Below are positions 1-11,341 of a stretch of DNA of 64,000 nucleotides, in pieces. Under the pieces are notes generated by a model. The model ran no database searches and was not told the DNA's origin. It saw only the letters and a program-made list of their open reading frames with translations. The position numbers were made by a program, and so were the translations under genes. Within the stretch, counting starts at the first letter, position 1, and every line of letters begins with the position of its first letter. Source of the stretch: Cyanophora paradoxa CCMP329. Lineage: Eukaryota; Plantae; Glaucophyta. The stretch is from positions 20,364-84,363 of the forward strand of contig QPMI01000461.1 in NCBI GenBank assembly GCA_004431415.1. Direction: 5' to 3'.

Positions 1-610
1 CGAGGATATCCTGCAGCGATGCCGGAATGTCCTCGAGGCGGGCGCTGCGGGCTGCACTTAGTGCACGAGGCGGCGCTCGGGAGCCGCGCGCACTTCTCAA
101 GCCGCAATGCGACCGTGCGGGGCTGGTGGGCACGCAGGGTGGCCTCGATGATGGCCAGCCCCTCTGCCGGCAGCCGCTGCTTGGGCTTGAAGGTGCTCTG
201 CTCCGGGTCCTGTGCCAATGGCAAGCCGGCTGGTCTGAGAAAACGAGCAAGAGGGCGCCGGCGGGCGGGCCGCACGACGATGCAGGCGGGGCTGGAGATT
301 TCGAGAGTGACCACGGGCATCTCCTGCGCGCGTGGTTTAAATTTGTGGCCGAGCGAGCAAAGAATTCGAAGCGCGAGCGAGCAGACGCACGCTGGATGTA
401 GCGATATGAAGTGTGACCGCGCGTACTTCATCCTTTGCGTCCTTCGCATCATACGCATCTCCGGCACGCGGGCGCTTAATAGCGCTCATGCGACTTCGCT
501 CCGGAAAGTTCGCCCCGGCGTCTTGGAAAGTCTCCAGCTGGCGTTTCTCCGCACGCTCCTGGCCGCTCTCTTCGAACTCGCGTTTCGTCTCCTCGTGTGC
601 ATCCATCCCT

Positions 611-1118
611 GAGAGACGCATCTGTCAAGGGAGGCCGCACGGACGCACGCGCAGCTTAACCCCGCCATGGCCATGGATGCGGAAAGAAGGCATCCGGCGC
701 ACCTTTTCGAGCGCCACGTGCCACGCTTCCACGCCGACAGCACTTTGACCGCTTGCCACGCCGACAGCACTTCGGACGCTAGCAGAACACAGCTCCAGAT
801 CCGGCGCTCCGGAAACCGCGACTTCGCCCCGGCAAGTTTGCCCCGGCGACTTTGCCCCGGCGACTTTGCCCGGGGGAACTACGCGCAGGGGGGTACCCGT
901 CCGACCACCACACTAGCAAGGCTCCAACGGCGGCACCCGGCGGTCGGAGAACTAGCTAGAGCACGCGATCTAGCTAGCTAGAGGCTTTAGCACCGCCGGC
1001 TACCTCGGCGGCGCTCGGTCTGAGCGTTCGGTACGCGGCCATCGGTCTCGAGCTCGAGACCACCAACTTGGCGCTCGTAGTTCGTTTGTAAAGTAGCTGA
1101 GATCGATGCTTACCGCAT
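611..1118 (+). repeat. ~500-bp direct repeat, copy 1 (copy 2 at 3302-3802)
   Basis: GAGAGACGC..TGTCAAGGGAGGCCGCACGG through ..ATGCTTACCGCAT is near-identical in both copies; contains 14-bp CGACTTTGCCCCGG-type tandem units, GGGGGGTACCCG and a CTAG-rich tract. Confidence 0.9.
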
Positions 1119-1755
1119 GGGGAAAACGTATTCGAAAACAGCTCGTTACTTCACGGAAGCCGCGGTCGGCGCCACCAGTACCAGAGCCAACAGAAGAGCA
1201 GGTCGCCGAGTCGGAAGCGCTGATTGCTCTGTACGCGCCGCGATCGCGGCTCGAGAACGCGGGCAGCTCTGTCGAGGTGCGCGTTCTCGGGGACTGCCGG
1301 CCCTTCCGGTGGGCATCACTGATATGACAGGTGCGACCACGGTTGCATCGATGCCTTAAGCTTGTGCCCTAATCTAAACAGCGCAGGGCCTGTTAGATTG
1401 AAGATCTATGTTTCAGAGACGTGGCAGACAGATCTTCTGGAGGCTGCGTACCGTGAACTCGTCCGCAGCACATACCACGCGCACCCTGATGCGCTGATGA
1501 TGTATCGATACGACCCAGCAAGTCGGTGCTTCATTTACCTCGAGTTCTTTGCCGAGTACTTCGAGCCGGTGCAAGATATCTTTCCGTCTTCCCTCGATTT
1601 CTGATCATGATGCGGCATTCGCGAATTCACGCTTGCGCGTGCACAGAGGTCGAGTCCAGGGCCATCCCCGGATGATCTGTACTACGTCGCGAGGGATTCG
1701 GTGATCCCAGAAGTCGAGCACGCGCCCTTCCTGGCGACCGTTTTCGGATCCTAGC
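1106..1755 (+). pseudogene. Member of a small local gene family of unknown function (interrupted or spliced)
   Basis: RLKIYVSETWQTDLL..LMMYRYDP..DF* CGIREFTLARA resembles the minus-strand copies near 2146-2480 and 2780-3200 (RFTINVSESWPEALV..LYWYNP..DDF* CGFREFTRARA); an internally deleted inverted copy lies at 43260-43440. Confidence 0.5.
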
Positions 1756-2145
1756 TATTGCCCGTTTCAAGGCCCCTAGCGGCCCGACAGCTGCATCTTA
1801 TTCGAAGTCGTGGCCGCCGGCGCCATGCACGCTATAGCTAGCCGCTGAGCGGAACAGAGATTCGAATTCGTCTGCGCAGAGATTGCTGTATTTTTCTTAA
1901 TTCGAATCCTTTGCCGCAAATGAGCGTATCGGCCTTGGGACAACGCTGCCGCGGAGCGCTAGCGGTCGCATAAATCGAAGAGTTCGAATTCTCTAGAGAG
2001 CCATGTATGCGAAAACCACTAGAGAATATACATGCTGGTCGAATTCGTATTCGAGACGAAGCCGGCGCCGTACGCGTAGTGCATCAGGAATAATGAAGCT
2101 AGCTAGCACTATACGTCGCCATTGAGCGGATGTTTTCCAGAGCAA

Positions 2146-3200
2146 TCATGGCTCGCATTCGCGACAGGTAGTTCGAGGCCTGCGCTCGTTCTCCGGATCC
2201 CCGCGGGAACTGGTCGCCCGCGAGGTAGAAGAAATCACCCGGTGATGGTCCCTGAGGTTTCGATGTCTGTGCACATGCACGCGCACGCGTGAATTCGCGG
2301 ATCCGGAAGCCGCATCAGAAATCATCGTCAGACGCAAAGAAAGCTTGCACCGGCCGCTCGAATCCACTGGTTTCTGGGTTGAACCAATACAGCGCTACAT
2401 TGTTTTTCGGTACGAGAAACTCGCTGCACGCCCGCGCCAGCAGCGCGTCCGGCCACGACCCCGAATCCGGATCATTGACTTGCACAAGATCTGCACAGGC
2501 CCATTAATTCTGTAAGAAATGTCTCTGAAACGGGATAAATGGGCACCTGACATAATTCTCCAATCGTCCGCTACAACATGCACCGCTACGGAGCTGTTTC
2601 CTTCATTAATATTCTCGACTGGTGGCGTCGCGCGCAGACAAAGGAGTCCGCGCGTGTCGAGCGGTGGCGGCACGAGCGAAGTTATATCTAGAGCATCGCT
2701 GTTCTGCGTCGCTGCCGTCGCTGGTGCCTTTGAGAAACGGGCGGCCAATCTTGCCAGGTATCGTGCGGGCTCCGCTCCCGGCGGAAATTGGTCGCCCGTG
2801 AGGTAGAAGAGATCGCCTGGAGATGGTCCCTGTGGTTTCGATGTCTGTGCGCATGCACGCGCACGCGTGAATTCGCGGAAGCCGCATCAGAAATCATCGT
2901 CAGACGCAAGGAACTTTCGCACCGGCCGCTCGAATCCATTGGTTTCTGGGTTGTACCAATACAGCGCTACATTGGATTTGGGCACGAAATACTCACGGCA
3001 CACATCGGCCACTAACGCTTCCGGCCACGACTCCGAAACATTGATCGTGAATCGCACAGCCATGCCTCGCACAGGAACTGCACAGGGGTTTTCTATGGTA
3101 TGGCATCCTGGTCGCAAAAGCGACAAGTACCTTGCGTCTCTTCAGGGTCCTGGATGCCCCACGGGTAGTACCGCAAGTCCGCGAAAACGCTCACCTCGAC
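2146..3200 (-). repeat. Two tandem minus-strand paralogues of the same small family (about 2200-2470 and 2785-3035)
   Basis: TGGTCGCCCG..AGGTAGAAGA..GATGGTCCCTG..GCACGCGTGAATTCGCGGA..TCCGGCCACGAC is shared by both blocks. Confidence 0.8.
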
Positions 3201-3301
3201 GGAGCGGTTTGGCTCCGCCGACATCGCAGTAGCGATCGCCGAGACCGCCGCGCCTGAAGAAGCAGCCGACTGCCTACTCCGCTGTCGGAGCTGCCCCGCG
3301 C

Positions 3302-3802
3302 GAGAGACGCTCCTGTCAAGGGAGGCCGCACGGACGCACGCGCAAGGCCGCTATGGGTGCGGAAAGAAGGCCTCCGGCGCACCTTTTCGAGCGCCACGTG
3401 CCACGCTTCCACGCCGACAGCACTTTGACCGCTTGCCACGCCGACAGCACTTGGACGCTAGCAGAACACAGCTCCAGATCCTGCGCTCCGGAAACCGCGA
3501 CTTCGCCCCGGCAAGTTTGCCCCGGCGACTTTGCCCCGGCGACTTTGCCCGGGGGGAACTACTCGCAGGGGGGTACCCGTCCGACCACCGCACCAGCAAG
3601 GCTCCAACGGCGGCACCCGGCGGTCGGAGAACTAGCTAGAGCACGCGATCTAGCTAGCTAGAGGCGTTAGCACCGCCGGCTACCTCGGCGGCGCTCGGTC
3701 TGAGCGTTCGGTACGCAACCATTGGCAGCCATCGGTCTCAAGAGCACCGATGTGGCAGCCGTACTTCGGTTGTAACGTAGCTGAAATCAATGCTTACCGC
3801 AT
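3302..3802 (+). repeat. ~500-bp direct repeat, copy 2
   Basis: Direct match to 611-1118. Confidence 0.9.
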
Positions 3803-5240
3803 TCAAAGCGCTGTGCGCTGCGCCCCAGCTCATAATGGTCGGGCCTGGGTGAAGTTGGCCGAGGTCGGGCCGCCCAACAACCTCCCCTTAAAAGCTGCAA
3901 ATCGTCTCTAAACGACCTTTTAGAACACTTGAACCAGTCAAGGCAGCCCGCATGCGTCGCTCTCTTGACGAGTTGTGCTCGCATCCACGACGGACCACAG
4001 AAGCTACCGGGCCATCGGCGCTCAATGGATCCCATGCACTTATGCCTAGCTAAGCACATTTAGCACGGCAGCAGTGCTCCCCCGCGCGGCTTTCCTAGGT
4101 GGGGTAAAGACAGGTGTGGTAAAGTCAGCCCTAAGTGAGTGAAGTTGCAAGTTTACCATGTGGTAAACTTAATTCCTGGCTCCCAGTGTTCGTCCGGCCA
4201 AACGCCAGAACCGACAGCAAGAGTGCGCTGATAAGGACTCTTGAAAGGGGGGAAAACCTTGCACGCCTTGCAAGGGAGTCTGATTTCGTTATATTCCATA
4301 AAGATTGTTCGACAGTCCTGTCCGCGAGAAATCCAGCTGGCGCAATCCGCAGGGGTCATCGTTGGGAACAACTTCCCGAACATGCTTCGTGTTGACCGGT
4401 CTTGAATACGTGTTTGGAATCGGGAATTCGCAACTATGTCTTTCGAGTGCGCAGAAGAAGGTGAAAACGTTGAGCCGTCACCAAATGCAGGGGAATCCGG
4501 ATTGAGAAGAATTACGTCATCATCAGCTTGTTTCTTTGGAGGAGTCGAGCACCTGGAATTCGGGTCCAAATTACCGGCAGTGATCGACAATTCACGATGC
4601 TCAAGCTCACCCTTTGCCCGCGTTCTCGGACAGTAACGGCACTTCGCCAGTTGCCTCAGTCGAAAGATTTGCAACGACGTCGAAATCGGGGTTTGAGTAT
4701 ACATCGTCATCGCTCAAAAGAGCAGCAGAAGCTCTTGCCCTGGGCAAATCATTTCCAATTCTGCACACACGATAGCCTGAGCGAGCGTTGATAGCAACAG
4801 AAACAAAAATCCACACCCGGTGCCATCGCTGTCGACTGTCAGCGTGACAGCGGCGGGCAAGGCCGGTCTGGTGACTTCAGACATCGTATCGGCCAGCGAC
4901 ATTACCTCGCTATCAACGTCATTGCCAGTTGATGCCTGTTGCGGACGAAACGGGAATAGCTGCAAAGCTTTGGCGACACTCTCCTTGAGCATTCTGAAGG
5001 CCATTGCTGACGAAAGGCCTACGTATACCGGGCTGAAGAGGTGTTGGGCTGACTTCAATGTGGCGGGAAGAGTGGCGCATACTGATCGATACCCCCCGCA
5101 AGCAGTTGGACCCCCCCCCCCCCCCCCGCCCTCCCCCCCTCTTTGCGAGTTTTTCGACGCGTACAAGAACAACCCGAAGATGAAGCAGGCCTAAGCCGAC
5201 GTCTTCATGTGGTGCGTGCAGCAGGCCAAGAAAGTTACAG

Positions 5241-6682
5241 TTATTTCGCATCAGATGCACTCGCATGCACATATTCCAAAGCTATTTCGTCCATATCGCG
5301 GTCGTTGTAGTCATACAAAACTTCTTCTCCTTCGTTGATGTCGCGCAATGCGAAGAATGCGATGCCAAGTTCGCCGTTTGCTGGACTCGAGACGTTCGTG
5401 GATACCACTCTGCGTTGTCATGATTAGTCAGCACCCGAACACAACAGGCTTAGTGAAGCAAACGAACAAAGGAATAAGATTTGCCGATCCCTTCGGACCG
5501 TGATTAATTATTCTAGCAAGACCATTCCCTGTTGTCGCATCGAGGCTGCGTACGGTTCGAAACTGCGCCTCTCAAGAGACCAAAAGCATAAGAAACGCAC
5601 GCAAAGTGGCGAGAACCGATTGTAAATTCGTAAAGATAATAGTGGCCGCCACGTTGCTGCAGTTTCTTTCGTAATGTGTTTATGCTTGCAAGACCACGAA
5701 CGAGGTGGCCTCGATAGACAGAAATGAGCTTCACGCAGCAGTGAGTAGAGCGTTTTTTTTGTATAAATCTCTGAGCAAGAAGAATGCGCAACTGTTCCAA
5801 TTACGATACGCTTGGCTGCAATTGCACCCATTCCCTTTGGAGGTCCGAAATTGCAAGGGCGCAACAAATCTGATTCGTATCGGGAGAGTGCCTCCTCTCC
5901 AGCTGCGATGAGGTTTCGGGCAGCTTGGAGCATCTCTCTACTGATGGTGAGGACGACCGAGTTGACGAGTGTTGGAATCGAACGAGAATTGCGTGTTCGG
6001 GAAGCCTCCTCTTCGAGGAGTTTGCGGTATTTGCTTGCGAGTCGAGGTGGAAGATCCGGTGGCCGCCAGAATGTCAAATCTGCCTGAGCGTTCCGTGCGA
6101 TAAAAAGCTTAACTTGTACCGATGCATTAAGGTGCCGATGATACAAAATGACATGAAGACGTGCAAGAGCGTCTTTAGCGGTCTTCGTATTCCCCAGCTG
6201 TGCTCGGCTGTTGTGCATGTAGAAGGAGACGAAGCGATCGGGATTCTTTTCCAAAACGCAGTAAAATACTCAACACACGATACGTTCAGCGTCTGCAAAA
6301 TATGAACGGTCAGCCATTATATGTATAGGTAAATGACTTCATTTCGGAAAGAACCTCGTCATTCTCTCCGGCATTGAATCCAATGCAACTAGGCATTGAT
6401 TCAATGAGATCGACGAGTTTCTTGAAAGCTGAAATGGAGATTTTCCAGCCATGTGCTAGAATAACTTTTGTCACATCGTTGCCCTTGAATGCTTCGTATA
6501 AATCGACGACCTTCACGAGCGCAAGTTTCAGAAGAACGCGGCATCTTCATCTGCATGCCTACCTCTGTGTCTTGTACGGGATGAGATTTATTGACGAGTT
6601 TCAGGATTTCAGGGAACTTTCTTGACTCTCGTGCATCGGTTATCATTTGTGAAAGCTCTTTGTTCAGTCGAGTGTTTCGCAC
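5241..6682 (-). CDS. Intron-containing SET-domain lysine methyltransferase (SETD8/PR-Set7-like C-terminal domain); start approximate
   Basis: Motifs in successive minus-strand frames: GPPKGMGAIAAKRI (~5810-5845), SVYRGHL..YYLYEF, SLDATTGNGLARIINHG (~5495-5548), FFALRDINEGEEVLYDYNDR (~5298-5360), stop at 5241. Confidence 0.8.
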
Positions 6683-6842
6683 GGGACGACATCGGGTGTC
6701 TGCTTGTTGTAATTAGAATACGCAAGTAACATGCACTAGAAGCTTCTAGGTCTAACTATAATCAGCGGGCTTCGGCGGGATCACTGATCTACTTTGCTGC
6801 TAGCCTTTGCCCCTTTTGTTTTGCCGCTAGCGCTGCGGCGTC

Positions 6843-7095
6843 GGCCGCGGCCTCTGCCGCGGCCTCTGCCGCGGCCTCTGCCGCGGCCTCTGCCGCGGCC
6901 TCTGCCGGTTGATTCTTCGCTGGACAATTCGGTCGCAGCATCACGAGCCAGCTCACGCTTCTCTGAGACCGAAGCATGCTCGCCGCCCTCCTCGCCTTGC
7001 TCGCCGCCCTCCTCGCCTTGCTCGCCGCCCTCCTCGCCTTGCTCGCCGCCCTCCTCGCCTTGCTCGCCGCCCTCCTCGCCTTGCTCGCCGCCCTC
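6843..7095 (-). repeat. Coding tandem repeats: 12-bp unit giving (RG)n and 21-bp unit giving (EEGGEQG)n
   Basis: CCGCGGCCTCTG x5 at 6843-6908 and GCTCGCCGCCCTCCTCGCCTT x5 at ~6978-7095, inside ORF 6781-7140. Confidence 0.9.
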
Positions 7096-8580
7096 CACGC
7101 CCTCCAGCATTGGACCTTTAAAAAAAGGTAATGTTTTCAAGCCCGATAAAGATGCGAATGCGAATATGAACGCCCACCTTTCTTATCGGCTTTTTCCGTT
7201 CTCCTCCTCTTGAGCTCCCTATCATCTTCATCTGCGGGAATAGCATCGTTCAGTTGTAGCGCCGCGATTAGCGGAGCTAAATAAGAAGATGAACCGGCAG
7301 AATCCGGAGCTGCCGTGATAGTGAGCATTTGACTATCAGGTCCGTTCAAATTTTGGCAGGGCAAGGACCTGATTTGGAAATCGAGCTCGGGCCGGCCACG
7401 GGGGCAGGAACCTGCGAAGACTTCTTGACCCATTCGTCCAGTTCCTTCCGGTCGAAAAAACGTCTTTTGAATGTGTCTGGTCCTGATGAGCGAAAAATCT
7501 GGTTAAAGCCTCCGAATTGGAGTTCAGCGAAGAGCTCACCAAGAGCTTGAAGTTGATCCTCGAAGTATTTGGGTTCGAGGAAATAAGCAGGGCGGTCTTC
7601 CGAGCTGAACTTCGCATCTTGCTTCGGAAGGAGATCATCAGCTTCTTTGAGCTCGTCGAGAGTCCAGAAGCCCACTGCAATAAAAGAATCATATAATTGT
7701 TAGCAAAAGTTTGGAAACCTCTAGAGAATTGCATGTTATCAAGCAAACGAACCGTGAAACGAAGGCTTGATTGCGTTCAACGAGTCCACAACCTCGCGTT
7801 CTGCACGAGAGAGCTTTCCGCCAAGCATGCTCTTGCGGACGAGTGGATGGTATCCGACCGCGCCGAATATCACATCAATGTTTGGCTGGTCTGGAACACC
7901 GAATTGGGTTTCTGGTTCGTCGTCTTCTTCCGCATCCTCGCGACCGATGGCAAGCTGCGGCACGAGCACTCGTGTGATGCGGCCGAACAAGGCGCTTGAT
8001 ATTGCCCATCTGCGCGTGCGTTATTTTAGATTGTCGAAGTGATTGAAGGCATGCGTAATGGCGCACTTGCCGAAGGCATGAAGAATCTCTGTAGCGAGAG
8101 GCCCATCAAAGAATCGATTTTCTTTGAACATGTTCATCTGCACGATTTCACCGGATTGCATGAACTTTGTAGAGCTGTAGGTCCATGGCCAGTCAAGAAA
8201 AACAAAGCCTGGCAAGGACGCAAATGTGCGTACACCATCCTTATGCACAGGCGATACATAAGCCGAGCCTTCGACATCTTCTCGCCACGCTTCGCGTGGC
8301 GGGTGTGGATAACCGTAATCTGCGTCTCGGCATTTTCATCCCTGTAGCGGTGTCACCGGACGCAACAGGACATGTTAAGTAGAGAAGGCGCACAGCGCGT
8401 TGTGGACAACAAGGGCCTGCGGACACGTCTGGAAAATTTCTTTGGCAAGGCCCATGCAATGCTCACACTCCTCGAACGAAACCATGTGTTCTTTGTGCTT
8501 GTGTTTGGAAATCTGCTTGATCTTCGTGTTCGCCTCTCGCATATCATAAGCGGCGAAGCCATAGTACATGGCGTTGTAGT

Positions 8581-8586
8581 CCTCTT
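8581..8586 (+). repeat. Left target-site duplication CCTCTT
   Basis: Identical hexamer at 36276-36281 directly after the right TIR. Confidence 0.95.
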
Positions 8587-8657
8587 ACACATAAAGAAAA
8601 ACAAATATTTAACCCTCGCGTTCCGCTCAGGTTAAATATTTGTTTTTCTTTATGTGT
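8587..8657. other. Left terminal hairpin: 28-bp perfect stem, 15-nt loop
   Basis: ACACATAAAGAAAAACAAATATTTAACC-CTCGCGTTCCGCTCA-GGTTAAATATTTGTTTTTCTTTATGTGT. Confidence 0.95.
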
Positions 8658-8884
8658 TTTTATACATAAATATATATGAATTTAACATGAATTTATACAT
8701 AATTTATATATTTTTAACATGATTTAATACAAATTTATATGTAAATATCGATATATATATGATGTAATTAATGTACAATTCGATATGATCATGATATGTA
8801 CAATGTAAAAATGATATAGTCATGATATGTTCCATGTTAATCGATATATTTAATTAATTAATTGCGTGATTCATTTAATGATAA

Positions 8885-9546
8885 GGTGGGGCGGTGGGGT
8901 CTGGTTGGGTCTGTTTTTGGAATTGCTATATTTTTCTTGGCGTTCTAAATTTTTCTGAAAAGTGACCCCACCACACCCCACCACCCCACCCTATCGATTA
9001 ATTTATATTTCCACACCTAATTATATGTTAATTTCATTCTAATATATATCAATTTGAAAAGTGGGAATGCTATAATTTATGGTAATGGTGGGGTGTATGG
9101 TGGGGTGTAATTTGTTACGGAATCAGTGCGGGAATCTCTACGATATCGAAGCCGTAATTAACATGTAAATACCGTTAGATCTGTACAGGTTGGGTGTTAA
9201 TACCGTTAGATCTTTACAGGGTTGGGTGTAAATACCGTTAGATCTGTACAGGTTGGGTGTTAATACCGTTAGATCTGTGGTTGGGTGTAATCTCTCTGGT
9301 ATCATATATTTATCGATGCGGTGGGGCGGTGGGGTCTGGTGGGGCATGTTTTGAAGATTCATTATATTTTGGGATCCGCTCAAAATTTTCTTGAAATTTG
9401 ACCCCACCACACCCCACCACCCCACCCTATCCATTAATTCATACATCACACACTTATTTATATGGTAATTTCAATCTAATATATAGCAATTTGAAAAGTG
9501 GGAATGCTATAAATTATGGTAACGGTGGGGTGTAGGGTGGGGTGTC
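8885..9546. repeat. Two ~230-bp G-tract/AT-core modules (8885-9110, 9320-9546) separated by four ~31-bp tandem units (9164-9290)
   Basis: GGTGGGG/CCCCACC clusters flank AT-rich cores; tandem unit approximately AATACCGTTAGATCTGTACAGGTTGGGTGT. Confidence 0.9.
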
Positions 9547-9810
9547 ATTCCTTACTGATTCACGTAAGATTAACTCGGAAACCGCGCTACTCTATGCTTC
9601 TCCGCTCTCTCCAAACCGCTAAACATACACGTTACCCTCTCTTCTATCATCTCCTTTATTACTGATGTCTTACGCTCCGCTTCCGTACCCTTACCATCAA
9701 TCGTGCGAAATTCAAAAAGTCCCGTGAGCAACCGAAAATGATTTAAACGGAACGCGATACATTGGGGTAAGAAGAAAATATTTTCTCTGTTTCAGATAAG
9801 TAAGGATCAA

Positions 9811-10422
9811 ATGGCGGTTAATATTAATACGGATCGCATGGATTACATGTTTAATGACCTCCCGATTTTAGATGAGGGTTTCGAGTCGACGTCGTTTCTT
9901 GCGGAACTGTTCGATGTCATCTTCTCTATTGATAGTGAGCGAACGCTTTTCTCCTTTATCAACACTTTCTTCAAACCGGAAGACATTATATCTATTGGTT
10001 ACTTCATTGAAGAACCGCATAAGATTGTTATTCGTTCAACTGTTGGGTTTTCCTATGTTAAAATCCATGATTTCTCAATTAAGTATAGCATTGTCGACAT
10101 TCATCCCGAAGATGAAGGTGGATATCAACAAATTGTGAATTTCTGGTCTCTTTACCGATGCACTCCGTACTCTCTTAATGATGTTATCAAAACCATAAAG
10201 CGCGTACAATCTTTCAGACTTCTATATTTTAAGGTTGATCGCAATATGTCCGTTTATTATAAGAAGTTTGAAGAGCATGGATTGAAGATTACACGCCGTG
10301 TTACACTGCGGAAATTCTTGAAAGCCAACGGGGCTAAGTGGAGCCGCACATTTAGAAAGTGGTATATTGAGGAAAACAACCAACTCATCGCTGATATCTT
10401 TTCAATCGCTCCCCAACGCTAA
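9811..10422 (+). CDS. Viral hypothetical protein with a C-terminal DUF5710-like motif
   Basis: 203-aa ORF ending in LKANGAKWSRTFRKWYI, matching the GAxWdxxxKxWYi pattern. Confidence 0.65.
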   Translation: MAVNINTDRMDYMFNDLPILDEGFESTSFLAELFDVIFSIDSERTLFSFINTFFKPEDIISIGYFIEEPHKIVIRSTVGFSYVKIHDFSIKYSIVDIHPEDEGGYQQIVNFWSLYRCTPYSLNDVIKTIKRVQSFRLLYFKVDRNMSVYYKKFEEHGLKITRRVTLRKFLKANGAKWSRTFRKWYIEENNQLIADIFSIAPQR

Positions 10423-11313
10423 AACCTCCAACTGAAACGAATTATCTATACCATTCATATCTACGAGATCACCATAATAATCACGAAACTCTACTGTTAA
10501 CTCTTTAATCACCAAATTACGATCGTTTATTTTTACATACTCACTCACTTCTCCGGTGTGATAGATGTATTTCCCGATATCCTGACTTAATTGTAATCGC
10601 ATTATTGCGCCTTGGTTTTGCGGTTGTGATCGCGGTACTATATTATGGTTGGATGCAAATGGTGCGAGTTCTTTGATGTGCATGTATAAATACTGTTCAG
10701 CGTTCATATCCGCCATCTTTGGACTAACCGCTTTAAACGCCAATGCTAATGGATCTGCTCCTTCAAATGTAATTCCCCACTGTGGGTGATCTGGTGTTAT
10801 TGGTGTTCTTTCATATGATAAGAAATTTTCAGGTGCAAATCGCGACCTGTTTCCTTCAATAAAGTGTTGTACGCTTTCTAATAGTTCTGTGGAGCTGAGA
10901 CCAAGTAATTTTGCGATTCTATTGTTTGCTGCGATGAGTTCAAAAGGGAAATTACAATAAAACTCCAATTTGTATGTAGTCGGGTTGTAATAAATTTTAA
11001 AGTATATTGTTTCGGTAGCATTTGTTTCATAGTTTAACCCATAGTTATAAGGATAAGTAACCCCGAAATGCCCTTGATTGATATAACCACTCGGTAACGG
11101 GTTTAGTTGCTGATTAATATTAACGCCATTGACATTATAACTTATTACTATGTAATCGGTTCCTATCGAATTATAAATGCTGTTCGGAATCTCTGCATAT
11201 ATAACCCGACATTCTTGTGGTCTGGTTATTGGTGTTGTGAGTGCAACCTTGTAAGAGTTTTCTTTTTGTCCAAACTGTCGATCTCTACTATCGACATTGA
11301 CAAGTCGAATCAT
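10402..11313 (-). CDS. Minor capsid (penton) protein 1, single jelly roll
   Basis: N-terminal LVNVDSRDR..YAEIPNSIYN and C-terminal IKELTVEFRDYYGDLVDMNGIDNSFQLEV are typical PLV/NCLDV penton motifs; ATG at 11313 preferred. Confidence 0.85.
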   Translation of the reverse strand: MIRLVNVDSRDRQFGQKENSYKVALTTPITRPQECRVIYAEIPNSIYNSIGTDYIVISYNVNGVNINQQLNPLPSGYINQGHFGVTYPYNYGLNYETNATETIYFKIYYNPTTYKLEFYCNFPFELIAANNRIAKLLGLSSTELLESVQHFIEGNRSRFAPENFLSYERTPITPDHPQWGITFEGADPLALAFKAVSPKMADMNAEQYLYMHIKELAPFASNHNIVPRSQPQNQGAIMRLQLSQDIGKYIYHTGEVSEYVKINDRNLVIKELTVEFRDYYGDLVDMNGIDNSFQLEVLALGSD

Positions 11314-11341
11314 TTTATTATATGAATATAGATTAAAGAAA

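Larger units (their letters stand above)
6781..8586 (-). pseudogene. 3' part of a multi-exon gene of unknown function disrupted by the viral insertion
   Basis: Removing the element and one TSD restores the frame KAEGLGVDDQVTEE|DYNAMYYGFAAYDMREANTK; further minus-strand exon-like ORFs run to 6781. Confidence 0.6.
8587..9689 (+). repeat. Left terminal inverted repeat (1103 bp)
   Basis: Reverse complement of 35174-36275; the only difference noticed is one G in a G-run near 35884. Confidence 0.95.

Noticed and set aside
9164-9290. Possible CRISPR-like array
   Set aside because: The units are head-to-tail with no unique spacers, and no cas genes are present
9138-9449. 103-aa ORF in the left TIR (mirror at 35414-35725)
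   Set aside because: It is a translation of G-tract and 31-bp tandem repeats, with a non-ATG-initiated call and no domain signal
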